Shown here piece after piece: positions 34,152-44,959 of a DNA stretch of 64,000 bases. Positions within the stretch are counted from its first letter, which is position 1. Each line of letters opens with the position of its first letter. Source of the DNA: an uncultured Gemmatimonadales bacterium (lineage in GTDB: Bacteria > Gemmatimonadota > Gemmatimonadetes > Gemmatimonadales > GWC2-71-9); assembly GCA_963828735.1 (NCBI GenBank), contig CAWHFW010000004.1:192001-256000 (forward strand), given 5' to 3'. The notes under the pieces are model-generated. The model was given only the letters and a program-made list of their open reading frames with translations, ran no database searches and was not told the DNA's origin. A program made the translations under genes and the position numbers.

Positions 34152-35485
34152 CGCACTCCGACGACAAGGTCGAACGCATGGTCGACCTGGTACGGACGGG
34201 CGAGATCACCGTTTTCGTCCGCCGCGCCCACGACTTCGAGCCGGCCGATCTCGCCGACGTGCTTTCGGCGCTGGGCGAGCAGGACCGGCTGGCAGTGGTC
34301 CAGGCGCTGCCGCCGGAGCTCTCGAGCCAGGCCCTGATCGAGATGCCCCAGGCCGCCCACGCCGAGGACACGCTCGCAGCGCTCGCGCCGGAGAAGGCGG
34401 CGGAGATCGTCGAGGAGCTCGAGGACGACGACGCGGCCGACATCCTGGGCGAGCTCGCACCGGCCGAGCAGGAGCGCATCCTCTCCACGCTCGAACACCG
34501 GGCCGACGTCAAGCGACTGCTGCGCTACGACGAGAAGACCGCCGGCGGCCGGATGACCACGCACGTGGTGACCGTGCGCGACACGGCCACCGTCGGCGAG
34601 GCGCTCGACGAGATCCGACGGCAGGCGGAGACCGTCAGCGAGTTCTACCAGGTGTTCGTGGTGGACGCCGAGCGGCGGCTCGTGGGCGTCCTGCCCTTCA
34701 AGGATCTGGTGGTGAGCCGCCCGGATCGGCGCGTGCGGGACTTCATGGCGCCGGCCGACGTCTCCGTGCGGACGGACGCGGACCAGGAGGAGGTGGCCCG
34801 CCTGCTCGCGAGGTACAACCTCCCGAGCCTCGCCGTCGTGGACGAGGTCGGGCATCTGCTCGGCCGCATCACGTTCGACGACGTGATCGACGTCGTGGAG
34901 GACGAGTCGACCGAGGACCTGCTGCGCTTCGGCGGCGTCTCCGCGGGCGAGGCGCTCGCGGCGGGGTGGCGGGAGGCGGTGCGGAGCCGCCTGCCGTGGC
35001 TCTACCTGAACCTGCTCACGGCGTTTCTCGCCGGCGGGGTCGTCTACGTCTTCCAGGGCACCGTGCAGCGCACGGTGGCGCTCGCGGTGTGGATGCCGAT
35101 CATCGCGGGGATGGGCGGCAACGCCGGCACCCAGGCGCTCGCGGTGACCGTGCGGCGGCTCGCGCTGGGGCTCATTCCGACCCACCTGTTCGTGCGGGTG
35201 GTCGGCAAGGAGGTCCTGGTCGGCATGGTGAACGGTCTCGCGATCGGCGTTGTCGTGGGTCTCGTCGCCACGATCATGGGCGGCCAGAGCCGCCTCGGCC
35301 TCGTCGTCTTCCTCGCGATGTCGGGCAACCTGCTGGTGGCCGGCTTCGCCGGGGGCTTCATCCCGGTCGTGCTCGAGCGCTACCGGATCGACCCCGCCAT
35401 CGCCTCGTCCATCTTCGTCACGACCTTCACCGACGTGTGCGGCTTCCTTCTGCTCCTCGGGCTCGCGGGATGGCTCCTGCTCTGA
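34148..35485 (+). CDS. mgtE: Magnesium transporter MgtE
   Basis: DDAADIL, CBS pair, RLPWL, MGGNAGTQA and DPAIASSIFVTTFTDVCG motifs. Confidence 0.95.
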   Translation: MTHSDDKVERMVDLVRTGEITVFVRRAHDFEPADLADVLSALGEQDRLAVVQALPPELSSQALIEMPQAAHAEDTLAALAPEKAAEIVEELEDDDAADILGELAPAEQERILSTLEHRADVKRLLRYDEKTAGGRMTTHVVTVRDTATVGEALDEIRRQAETVSEFYQVFVVDAERRLVGVLPFKDLVVSRPDRRVRDFMAPADVSVRTDADQEEVARLLARYNLPSLAVVDEVGHLLGRITFDDVIDVVEDESTEDLLRFGGVSAGEALAAGWREAVRSRLPWLYLNLLTAFLAGGVVYVFQGTVQRTVALAVWMPIIAGMGGNAGTQALAVTVRRLALGLIPTHLFVRVVGKEVLVGMVNGLAIGVVVGLVATIMGGQSRLGLVVFLAMSGNLLVAGFAGGFIPVVLERYRIDPAIASSIFVTTFTDVCGFLLLLGLAGWLLL

Positions 35486-35492
35486 CCGCCTA

Positions 35493-37130
35493 GTGCGGGC
35501 TCTGGTCGTCTTCGGCCGGCTGTTTCCGTTCGTGCTGGCCTTTCTGCTGGACCGCCGGCGGTTTCTCGTCTTCGGCCGGCCGCGCCGGCGCTCGGCGGAT
35601 CATCACCGGCGGCGCGCGGATCGGCTTACCCGCACCGTGGCCGACCTCGGGCCCACCTTCATCAAGCTGGCCCAGGTCTTCGCCACGCGGGCGGACATCC
35701 TGCCCGAGCCGTACCTCTCCACCATCAGCACGCTCACCGACCAGGTCCCGCCGCTCCCGTCGGGCGTCGCGGAGCGAGTGGTGGAGGAGGAGCTGGGGCG
35801 CGACGTCGCGCACCTGTTCGGGCGGTTCGACGCCGAGCCCCTCGCCGCGGCCTCGCTGGGCCAGGTCCACCGGGCCACGTACCAGGGTCGAGAGGTCGTG
35901 GTCAAGGTGTTACGGCCGGGCGTCGAGGCCATCGTCGCCGAAGACCTGGACGTGTCCTTCCGCATTCTCTTCGTCCTCAACGTCCTGTTTCCCAACCACC
36001 ACACGCGCGCGATCACCGCGATCGTGAGCGAGTTCGCCAAGCGGGTGCGGGACGAGCTCGATTTCCGCGAGGAAGCCAGGAACGCCACCACCCTCCGGCG
36101 CAACTTCCAGGCGGAGCCCAGGGTCGTCGTGCCCGAGGTCGTGACGGAGCTGGTAACGCGGCGCGTGCTCGTGCTCGAGTACGTGGAGGGGACGCGCATC
36201 GATCGCCTGCGGGACCGGCTCGCGTCGGGCGAGCTCGACCTGCAGCGGCTGATCGAGACGGTGGTCGACGCGTACATCAAGATGATGCTCGAGGACGGCG
36301 CCTTTCACGCCGATCCGCACGCCGGGAACCTGCTGGTGGATCCGCAGGGGCGCCTCGTCCTGCTCGACTTCGGCATGGTGCTCGAGGTCGACCGGGAGAC
36401 CCGGCGGCGGCTGCTCGAAACCGTGCTCGCGGCGGGCCGGCAGGACGTCGAAGGGGTGATCAACGGCTTCTACGAGCTGGGCATCCTCGATCCGGACGTC
36501 GACCGCGGCACCGTGCGCGACGCGGCCCGGAGTCTCATGGCGGTCTCCCTTCGAGACGACGTCTCGCCGCGACAGATCCAGCGCCTCGTCGAGCAGGTGC
36601 TTCAGACGTTCTACGAGTGGCCCCTGATGCTGCCGTCCAACCTGGTCTACTTCGGCCGCGCGGGCGTGCTGGTGGAGGGCCTGGGACTTCGGTACGACCC
36701 GAACTTCAACGTGCTCGCCCTGGCGCGGCCCGTGCTCGACCGGGCCGCGACGCGCCTCATCCGCGGCGCGCTCGAGCAGGACCCGCGGAGCCGGATCACC
36801 GATTGGACGCAGGAAGCGCTCACGACGGTCCGGACGCTGCGAGATCTCGTGCGGCGGGTCGAGCGCGACGAGCTCCGGGTGCGCTCACACCCCAGGGACG
36901 CGCTCGAGCTTCAGCGGTTTCTCGCCCAGCAGATGCGCCGCGTGCTGCTCGCGCTGCTCGCGTTCACCATCGCGATCATCGCGAGCGTCGTGTTCGCGGC
37001 GACCCGCAGACTCGAGGTGCTCGTGGTGGGTCTGCTCATCGCATTCGGGATGTTTCTGGTGATCTTCCTGCTGCCGACACACCTATTTCAGAACCCGCTC
37101 CGTTTCCGAAAGAATTGGCCGCCGCGGTGA
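35493..37130 (+). CDS. ABC1/UbiB (AarF) family atypical kinase
   Basis: LGPTFIKLAQ, AAASLGQVH, VKVLRPG, FHADPHAGN and LLDFGM motifs; C-terminal TM helices. Confidence 0.93.
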   Translation: MRALVVFGRLFPFVLAFLLDRRRFLVFGRPRRRSADHHRRRADRLTRTVADLGPTFIKLAQVFATRADILPEPYLSTISTLTDQVPPLPSGVAERVVEEELGRDVAHLFGRFDAEPLAAASLGQVHRATYQGREVVVKVLRPGVEAIVAEDLDVSFRILFVLNVLFPNHHTRAITAIVSEFAKRVRDELDFREEARNATTLRRNFQAEPRVVVPEVVTELVTRRVLVLEYVEGTRIDRLRDRLASGELDLQRLIETVVDAYIKMMLEDGAFHADPHAGNLLVDPQGRLVLLDFGMVLEVDRETRRRLLETVLAAGRQDVEGVINGFYELGILDPDVDRGTVRDAARSLMAVSLRDDVSPRQIQRLVEQVLQTFYEWPLMLPSNLVYFGRAGVLVEGLGLRYDPNFNVLALARPVLDRAATRLIRGALEQDPRSRITDWTQEALTTVRTLRDLVRRVERDELRVRSHPRDALELQRFLAQQMRRVLLALLAFTIAIIASVVFAATRRLEVLVVGLLIAFGMFLVIFLLPTHLFQNPLRFRKNWPPR

Positions 37131-37518
37131 GCGCCTCGTGGTACCGGTCGCGCCATTGGCGAAGCGAGTCGGTCGAGAGCTCGTCCAGCGTCCGCGAAAC
37201 GGCGGCGACGGCGCCCATCGCCAACGACAGGCGCTCGCGCTCGAGCGTCGTAGCCGCGCCGGCGCCCTGCTCTGCCAGGGAGAACAGCACGATCTGGAGG
37301 TGGTTGTTGATGCGGTCGCGGAGCAGCGCCTGGATTTCCGCGATCAGTCGCTGGCGGATCGCGGTCGCCCGGCGGCGCAGGACCCAGAGCAGGGTGCCCT
37401 GCAGCACGCACGCGGCGAGCGCGGCGCCCGCCAGCTCCTGGGCGTCGGTGCCGAGCTCGAGCCCGAGCGGAACCAGCAGGGCCACCGACAGCGTCACCGC
37501 GACGAGATAGAGCTCCAC
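37036..37518 (-). CDS. Hypothetical two-TM protein with HisKA_2-like helix
   Basis: Two hydrophobic helices, then LRDRINNHLQIV; 3' end overlaps the ubiB-like gene; start uncertain. Confidence 0.55.
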   Translation of the reverse strand: MELYLVAVTLSVALLVPLGLELGTDAQELAGAALAACVLQGTLLWVLRRRATAIRQRLIAEIQALLRDRINNHLQIVLFSLAEQGAGAATTLERERLSLAMGAVAAVSRTLDELSTDSLRQWRDRYHEALTAAANSFGNGAGSEIGVSAAGRSPETSRMR

Positions 37519-37577
37519 GTTGGCGGCGACGTGCGTCTCGAACCGGCGCCACCAGCGGCGCCGATGGGCAGGAAGAT

Positions 37578-37597
37578 GCCCCCCCTTGCGGGGGGGC
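37578..37597 (-). terminator. GC hairpin downstream of the PG-binding gene
   Basis: GCCCCCCC-GCAA-GGGGGGGC on the - strand (GNRA loop). Confidence 0.55.
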
Positions 37598-37625
37598 GGG
37601 ATGAGCGGGAACTGCGGAGGCCTGG

Positions 37626-37991
37626 TCAGGCGGACTTAAGCTTGGCGAGGACGTTCTCGTCCAGCTGTCCGGTGACGGGCATCTTGTTCTTCTTCTGGTA
37701 TTCCTTGAGCGCCTTGTGGGTGTCGGCGTTGAAGGTCCCGTCCACCTTTCCCTTGTAGAGCCCTTCCTTGGCCAGCCCCTCCTGGGCTTCCTTGACCTCT
37801 GCCTTGGTCCACGAGGCCTGCTTCGTGGTGGACGTGGCCGTGGCGCTGGTCGACGCCTTCTTGGCCGTGTCCGACGCGTGACTCGTGGCGGGCTTGGAAG
37901 CCGGCTGTTGGTTCGCGCTGGACTGGGCAGCGAGGACGCTGGTCGAGAGGGTCAGGGCTGCCATGGCGGCGACGAGAGCGAGCGTGCGCAT
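37626..37991 (-). CDS. Small secreted peptidoglycan-binding (PG_binding_1-like) protein
   Basis: Signal peptide MRTLALVAAMAALTLSTSVLAA, A/S/T/K-rich linker, then VKEAQEGL..GLYKGKVDG.F...T..ALKEYQKKNKMPVTG.LD; GAGGAGGA RBS. Confidence 0.88.
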   Translation of the reverse strand: MRTLALVAAMAALTLSTSVLAAQSSANQQPASKPATSHASDTAKKASTSATATSTTKQASWTKAEVKEAQEGLAKEGLYKGKVDGTFNADTHKALKEYQKKNKMPVTGQLDENVLAKLKSA

Positions 37992-38057
37992 CGTGTTTCC
38001 TCCTCGGGAGTGCGGCATGGCCTCCGGAGTGGAGACCACGATCGACCCACCGGAAAG

Positions 38058-38072
38058 GCAATCCATGTGCCA
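38058..38072 (-). promoter_or_regulatory. Sigma54 -24/-12 promoter of the PG-binding gene
   Basis: TGGCAC-ATGGA-TTGC, an exact consensus match; next to a sigma54 activator gene. Confidence 0.85.
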
Positions 38073-38130
38073 TGCGAAGGGGAGCCAAATGAGGCCTCGT
38101 GAGGGGAGACGGAGCGGGTCGGGCGAGGAT

Positions 38131-38170
38131 GGCGCGCCACTCTGTCCGTTGACGGACAGACTGGCGCGCC
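38131..38170. promoter_or_regulatory. Inverted repeat holding two CGCCA-N3-TGTCC sites (candidate enhancer; may also act as terminator)
   Basis: GGCGCGCCA-C-TCTGTCCGT-TG-ACGGACAGA-C-TGGCGCGCC, 60-100 bp upstream of the -24 element. Confidence 0.6.
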
Positions 38171-38176
38171 GCATGG

Positions 38177-39598
38177 CTACTCGAAACGGCGGGGGAGGTT
38201 CCAGCGCAGGATCATGCGACTCAGCGTCCGGCGGCTGATGCCCAGGACACGCGAGGTTTCGTCGCGATTGCCGCGCATCGCGCCGAGGACGCGAAGGACG
38301 TGGTCCCGATCGATGTCCTCGAGGGACCGCAGCGGGCTCGAGGCCGCGGGGTCGGCAGCGGCCACCGCGGCCGGCACGCCGAACGAGCCGCGTGGAGCGC
38401 GCACATCGGGCGGCAGGTGCTCCGGGCCGATCACGTCCTGCTCGGCGAGCAGCATGGCGCGCTCCAGCACGTTCTGCAGCTCCCGGATGTTGCCCGGCCA
38501 GTCGTAAGCGAGCAGTCGCCGCTGCGCTTCGGGATCGACCGCCACGGGGCCGCGGCCGTGGCGCGCGGCGAGCTCGCGCAGGAAGTGGTCGATGAGGAGC
38601 GGAATGTCCTGCGGACGCGCCCTGAGCGGCGGCAGCGTGAGCGTGACGACATTCAGCCGATAGTACAGATCGTCACGGAACCGACCCTGGCGGACGAGTT
38701 CTGGCAGATCCCGGTGCGTCGCGGCCAGCACGCGTACGTCCACGCGGACCGGGGTTTCCGAGCCCACCGGCACGATCTCGTGCTCCTGCAGGGCCCGGAG
38801 CAGTCGCGCCTGCAGGCCGGGCGAGATGTCGCCGATCTCGTCGAGGAACAGCGTCCCGCGGTCGGCCTCGCGGAAGAGGCCGGGACGTGCGGCGGCAGCG
38901 CCCGTGAAGGCCCCGCGCACGTGGCCGAACAGCTCGCTCTCGAGCAACCCTTCGGCGAGCGCGGAGCAGTTGACCGCCACGAACCGGCGGTCGGCGCGCT
39001 CGGAGAAGTGGTGTATGGTGCGGGCCACGAGCTCCTTGCCCGTGCCGGTCTCGCCGAGCACCAGCACGGTAGCCTGCGACGGCGCGACGCGCGCCAGCGT
39101 CTTCATCACCTCGATGATGGCGGGGCTGTGTCCCACCAGCGCCGGCCCCGCCGAGCGACCGCCGGAGTCTCCCTCGCTGGACGATCCGCGGTCACGCCGC
39201 ACGCCGGCGAGCCGGCGCCGACCGAGCGAGCGGGCCAGCGTCTCGCGGAGCGCCGCGAGGTCGTACGGCTTGCTGATGAAGTCGTACGCGCCGGCGCGGA
39301 TGGCCTCGCCTGCCGCGCCGGCGTCGCCGAAGGCGGTGAGCACGAGGATCAGCGCCGCGGGGTCGCGCTCCCGGAGCGTACGCAGCAGGTCGAGCCCGCT
39401 CTTGCCGGGCATGCGCAGGTCCGTCAGTACGGCGTCGAACGGGCCGTTGTCGTTCACCTTGGTGAGCGCCTCGTCCGCCGAGAGCGCCGGCACGACGTCG
39501 TACGCCTCGCGCTCGAGCACCTCGGCGAGCAGGCGGCACGCCTCCTCGTCGTCGTCCACGAGCAGGAGTCTGGCGCGGGTGAGGGTCGGCGCGGTCAT
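38177..39598 (-). CDS. NtrC-family sigma54-dependent response regulator (REC-AAA+-Fis HTH)
   Basis: LLVDDD, DLRMPG, GETGTGKE, ESELFGHVRGAFTGA, LFLDEIG and WPGNIREL motifs. Confidence 0.97.
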   Translation of the reverse strand: MTAPTLTRARLLLVDDDEEACRLLAEVLEREAYDVVPALSADEALTKVNDNGPFDAVLTDLRMPGKSGLDLLRTLRERDPAALILVLTAFGDAGAAGEAIRAGAYDFISKPYDLAALRETLARSLGRRRLAGVRRDRGSSSEGDSGGRSAGPALVGHSPAIIEVMKTLARVAPSQATVLVLGETGTGKELVARTIHHFSERADRRFVAVNCSALAEGLLESELFGHVRGAFTGAAAARPGLFREADRGTLFLDEIGDISPGLQARLLRALQEHEIVPVGSETPVRVDVRVLAATHRDLPELVRQGRFRDDLYYRLNVVTLTLPPLRARPQDIPLLIDHFLRELAARHGRGPVAVDPEAQRRLLAYDWPGNIRELQNVLERAMLLAEQDVIGPEHLPPDVRAPRGSFGVPAAVAAADPAASSPLRSLEDIDRDHVLRVLGAMRGNRDETSRVLGISRRTLSRMILRWNLPRRFE

Positions 39599-41052
39599 GC
39601 GATCTCCTCGATGGGCAGGGTCAGGCGCCAGCGGACGCCGCGGGCGCTAGGGACGTGGACGAGGTCACCGCCCAGCATGCGGGCGAGGCGCCGGCTGACC
39701 GCGAGGCCAAGGCCGGAGCCGAGGGGACCCTTGGTGGTGGAGAACGGTCGAAAGAGATTGGACTCGGCCTCATCGTCGAGGCCGGGGCCATCGTCCTGGA
39801 CGTCGATGTAGGCGTGATTGTCGGCCAGCCCGGTGGCGATCGAGACCGTCCCGCCGTCCGGCAGCGCCTCGACCGAGTTCTTGAGCAGGTTGAGCAGGAT
39901 CTGCTCGACCATGGCCGGATCGCACGTGGCGAGGACCGGCCGCCCGCCGTCGAGCGCCAGCTCCGCGCGGACGCCGGCGTCGGTGAACGACGGCTCGAGG
40001 AATCGCGCCATCCGCACCGCGATCTCGTTCAGATCCTGTCGCCGCACCAGGGGCCGCGGCCACGGGCCGCGGTTGAGGCCCGCGCGCACGATGCCCGCCA
40101 CCCGATCGACCTGCGCGAGCAGGAGCCGCACGCGCTCGACGCCCTTGGCGTCCTGCTGGCCCTCGAAATCGTCGCGCAGCAGCTGGAGGTGGCCGCTCAC
40201 CGTGTTGAGCGGGGTGCCGATCTCGTGTGCGAACATCGCGGCCGTCTCGTGCATCAGTGCGAGGCGGTCCAGGCCGCGGGCCCGCTCCTCGAGCGTCAGG
40301 AGCATGGCGCGAGCGGCGCTCTCGCGCTCGCGGGCCGAGAGCGCCTCGCGCATCTGGTTGTACCGGCGGGTCAGCTCGCGAAACTCGCGTGGGCCGATCT
40401 CGGGGGCGTCCGGTGCGCCGGTGGCGCCGCCGTGCGCGCCCGCCATCGCGGTGCCGAGCGCGGCCAGTGGACGACCGACCCATCGCGCCGTCAGCACCGC
40501 CACGAAGAGCGCGACCAGGAGAGCCGAGATCAGGGCGAGCAGGTAGCCGCGGCGCCGCTCCAGCCGGGCCCAGTCCAGCAACCGGCGCGTCGAGACGCGC
40601 ACGTCGAGCACCCCGAACATGCGCGGCATGCCGAGCGGCACGGCGACCTCCCAGCCGGGCGCCTCCCCCTGGTGAAGCATGACCTCGGTGGCCCGGTGCG
40701 CGAGCGCGGCGTACGCCACACGGCTGGCGGAGGTCGTATCGCTCGCGCCGCTCGCGGCGACGGGCGAGAGGTGCCTGGCGTGGACGAGGTAGACGATCGC
40801 CTGGGAGTCGTTGGTGCGGTGGCGGGCCCACCCTTCGAGGCCCTGTCCGAGGCTGGTCGAGTCGCCGTGCGGAGCGCTGCGGACGAGCAGCGACGCCAGG
40901 GTATTCGCCAGCGCGACCGTCTCCAGCCGGAAATCCTCGAGGCGCGTGCGCCCCGACCACCAGAGGGCGATCTCGGTCGCTCCGGTCACGAGCAGGATGG
41001 CCATGACGGCCGTGAGCACGGCGAGCCGCCGTGGCAGGCCCATGGGCATCAT
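39595..41052 (-). CDS. Membrane sensor histidine kinase
   Basis: Two TM helices flanking a periplasmic domain, HAMP-like segment, FAHEIGTPL H-box, NLLKNS, DDGPG and GSGLGL; start trimmed to MMPMG. Confidence 0.93.
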   Translation of the reverse strand: MMPMGLPRRLAVLTAVMAILLVTGATEIALWWSGRTRLEDFRLETVALANTLASLLVRSAPHGDSTSLGQGLEGWARHRTNDSQAIVYLVHARHLSPVAASGASDTTSASRVAYAALAHRATEVMLHQGEAPGWEVAVPLGMPRMFGVLDVRVSTRRLLDWARLERRRGYLLALISALLVALFVAVLTARWVGRPLAALGTAMAGAHGGATGAPDAPEIGPREFRELTRRYNQMREALSARERESAARAMLLTLEERARGLDRLALMHETAAMFAHEIGTPLNTVSGHLQLLRDDFEGQQDAKGVERVRLLLAQVDRVAGIVRAGLNRGPWPRPLVRRQDLNEIAVRMARFLEPSFTDAGVRAELALDGGRPVLATCDPAMVEQILLNLLKNSVEALPDGGTVSIATGLADNHAYIDVQDDGPGLDDEAESNLFRPFSTTKGPLGSGLGLAVSRRLARMLGGDLVHVPSARGVRWRLTLPIEEIA

Positions 41053-41391
41053 GCGCGGCGCCCCGGGGCGACGAGCCGACGGTCGGGGGCCCGATCCATT
41101 ACCGCGGGTCGCCGGATGCGCCGGCGGCGTCCGGAGAACTGGTGTCCGGAGAACTATGGAAAGCGGGACCAGTGGCTGGCATGCGTGCGGACCTGGCTTC
41201 CATGACGGAGGCGACGCCCCCGCTGCGTCCGGCGGACGAGGCGTCCCGCGCTGGGGCGGGTCGTCGTCCCGGCCCGGAACGGAAATGTAGCGGCCTGGGA
41301 GGCGACCTTGCCGCCAGCGCTTCCTGCGTCGAGCGGCGTCTTGTACGCTCAGCACCGGCCAGCCCCCAGGGAGGCGAACGCGTGCTGGAGG

Positions 41392-41406
41392 GCAAGAACA
41401 CGGCCA
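41392..41406 (-). promoter_or_regulatory. Sigma54 -24/-12 promoter upstream of the histidine kinase gene
   Basis: TGGCCG-TGTTC-TTGC on the - strand. Confidence 0.7.
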
Positions 41407-41460
41407 ATGGTGAAAGTGCTTGTGGGACGGCAGATTTCGGTTCCTTTGCTCGCGGGCATG

Positions 41461-41503
41461 GGACGATTTGGCCCGCATCCAGGCCACTCGGGCCAAGATG
41501 TCC
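41461..41503. promoter_or_regulatory. Two GGCCA-N3-YGTCC sites (candidate enhancer)
   Basis: GGACG-ATT-TGGCC (41461-41473) and GGCCA-AGA-TGTCC (41491-41503); same motif as at 38135 and 38154. Confidence 0.55.
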
Positions 41504-41531
41504 GCGCCACCATTGACTGCCGGCCGCATAC

Positions 41532-42122
41532 GTGAACCTGGAAAGCCTGATCCTTCACTACGGCCTCGTCGCGGTCTTCCTTGGTGCCGCGCTGGAAGGC
41601 GATTTCACCCTCATCCTCGCCGGCGTCGTAGCCCACCTCGGCTACTTCCCGTTCCCCCTGGCCGTCGCCGCCGGCGCCGTCGGGAGCATACTCGGTGATC
41701 TCGCCTGGTACGGGCTCGGACGGACCCACGGACGATGGTTCCGATCGGGTCGGCTGTACCGGCGGGTCGGGCCCCGGATCGAGTCCCTGGCGCGCCGCTT
41801 CGGGAGCGCGCAGCTCCTCGCGGCGCGATTCGTCTACGGGACCAAGGCCGCCAGCATGGTATTCTGGGGCCTTCACGACATGCCGCTCGCCAAGTTCCTG
41901 CTGGTGGACGGGATCGGGGCGCTGATCGGGTCCTTCGTGTTCTCCGGCCTGGGCTACCTCGTGAGCGGAAGCGCGACCCTGCTGCTGGGGAAGGTGCGGC
42001 GGGTTCAGTTCTGGCTGCTCGGGGCGCTGGTCATCGGCATCGTGCTGGTCGTCGTGATCCATTTTACGGCCAAGAAGGAGCTGCAGCTCGAGAACGGGGA
42101 CGGCGGCCTCGACACCGAATAG
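41532..42122 (+). CDS. DedA-family membrane protein
   Basis: YGLVAVFLGAALEGD, GSILGDLAWYGLGR and ARFVYG motifs. Confidence 0.92.
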   Translation: MNLESLILHYGLVAVFLGAALEGDFTLILAGVVAHLGYFPFPLAVAAGAVGSILGDLAWYGLGRTHGRWFRSGRLYRRVGPRIESLARRFGSAQLLAARFVYGTKAASMVFWGLHDMPLAKFLLVDGIGALIGSFVFSGLGYLVSGSATLLLGKVRRVQFWLLGALVIGIVLVVVIHFTAKKELQLENGDGGLDTE

Positions 42123-42194
42123 ACCCCCGTCCTGCAGGAAGTTGCGGCCGAGGCGGCGCTTGCGACGATCCTGCCCTCGGGCGACTTTTCCCCC

Positions 42195-43246
42195 ATGGAT
42201 CCCGACCTCCTGCTCGCGGGCCTGCAGGCCGGCAATACTGCGGCCTTGGCCCGCGCGATCTCGGTGGTCGAGAACCGGCGTCCCGGGTTCGAGCGCCTGC
42301 TGGCCGACGTCCACCGGTTCATCGGGCGGGCCCGCCGCATCGGAATCACCGGCCCGCCCGGCGCGGGCAAGTCCACACTCGTCGAACGCATGGTAGCCGC
42401 CTACCGGCACGTTGGATTGCGGGTGGCGGTCGTGGCCGTCGATCCTACCAGCCCCTTCACCGGCGGCGCGCTGCTTGGCGACCGCATCCGCATGGAATCC
42501 GTGGCGCTCGACCAGGGGGTCTACATCCGGTCGATGGGAAGCCGCGGGTCCCTCGGCGGTCTGGCCACCACCACGCGCGAGGTGTGTGACCTGCTTGATG
42601 CCGCGGGTTTCGAGCGCATCCTGATCGAAACCGTCGGCGTCGGACAGAGCGAGCTCGACGTCGCGCGCATGGCCGATACCACGGTCCTCGTCCTCGTGCC
42701 CGAGTCGGGCGACGGCATCCAGACCCTCAAGTCCGGGGTGATGGAGATCGCCGACCTGTTCGTCGTGAACAAGGCGGACCGCCCCGGAGCGGAGAAGCTG
42801 CGCCAGGAAATCGAAGTCACGCTCGGCATCCGCCGCGGCAACGCGTTCCGGAACGTGCCGGCGCATCACGGTCGAGCAGTCGGACGGCCGGGCAAGCGCG
42901 CCGGGGATGCGGGCGCCGCGGACCAGGTGACCGCGCCGCCGTCCTGGGATCAACCGGTGGTCCTCAGCGTGGCGGCCAAGGGTGAGGGCGTGGGGGAGCT
43001 GATCGGCGCCCTCGACCGGCACTCCGCGTGGCTCGCCGAGAGCGGCACGCTCGAGGGGCGCCGCCGCCGGCGTCTGCTCGATCGGACCCGCGAGGTGGTG
43101 GACCGGGCCACGCGGCGCTGGCTGTGGGAAGAGACTCGCGCCGACGAGCGCATCAACGAACGGCTGGACGAGATCGTGGCCGGGCGCGTCAGTCCCTACG
43201 AGGTGGCGGCGGAAGTGCTGGACGGGCTCAAGCAGGGAGAGCGGAT

Positions 43247-43250
<4 letters not shown>
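42195..43250 (+). CDS. meaB: B12 mutase chaperone GTPase MeaB
   Basis: [41 protein letters not shown] and NKAD motifs. Confidence 0.95.

Positions 43251-44959
<1,709 letters not shown>

Noticed and set aside
41053..41529. N-terminal 160-aa extension of the histidine kinase in the ORF track
   Set aside because: It is low-complexity Pro/Arg sequence that spans a sigma54 promoter and abuts the divergent dedA start, so probably non-coding
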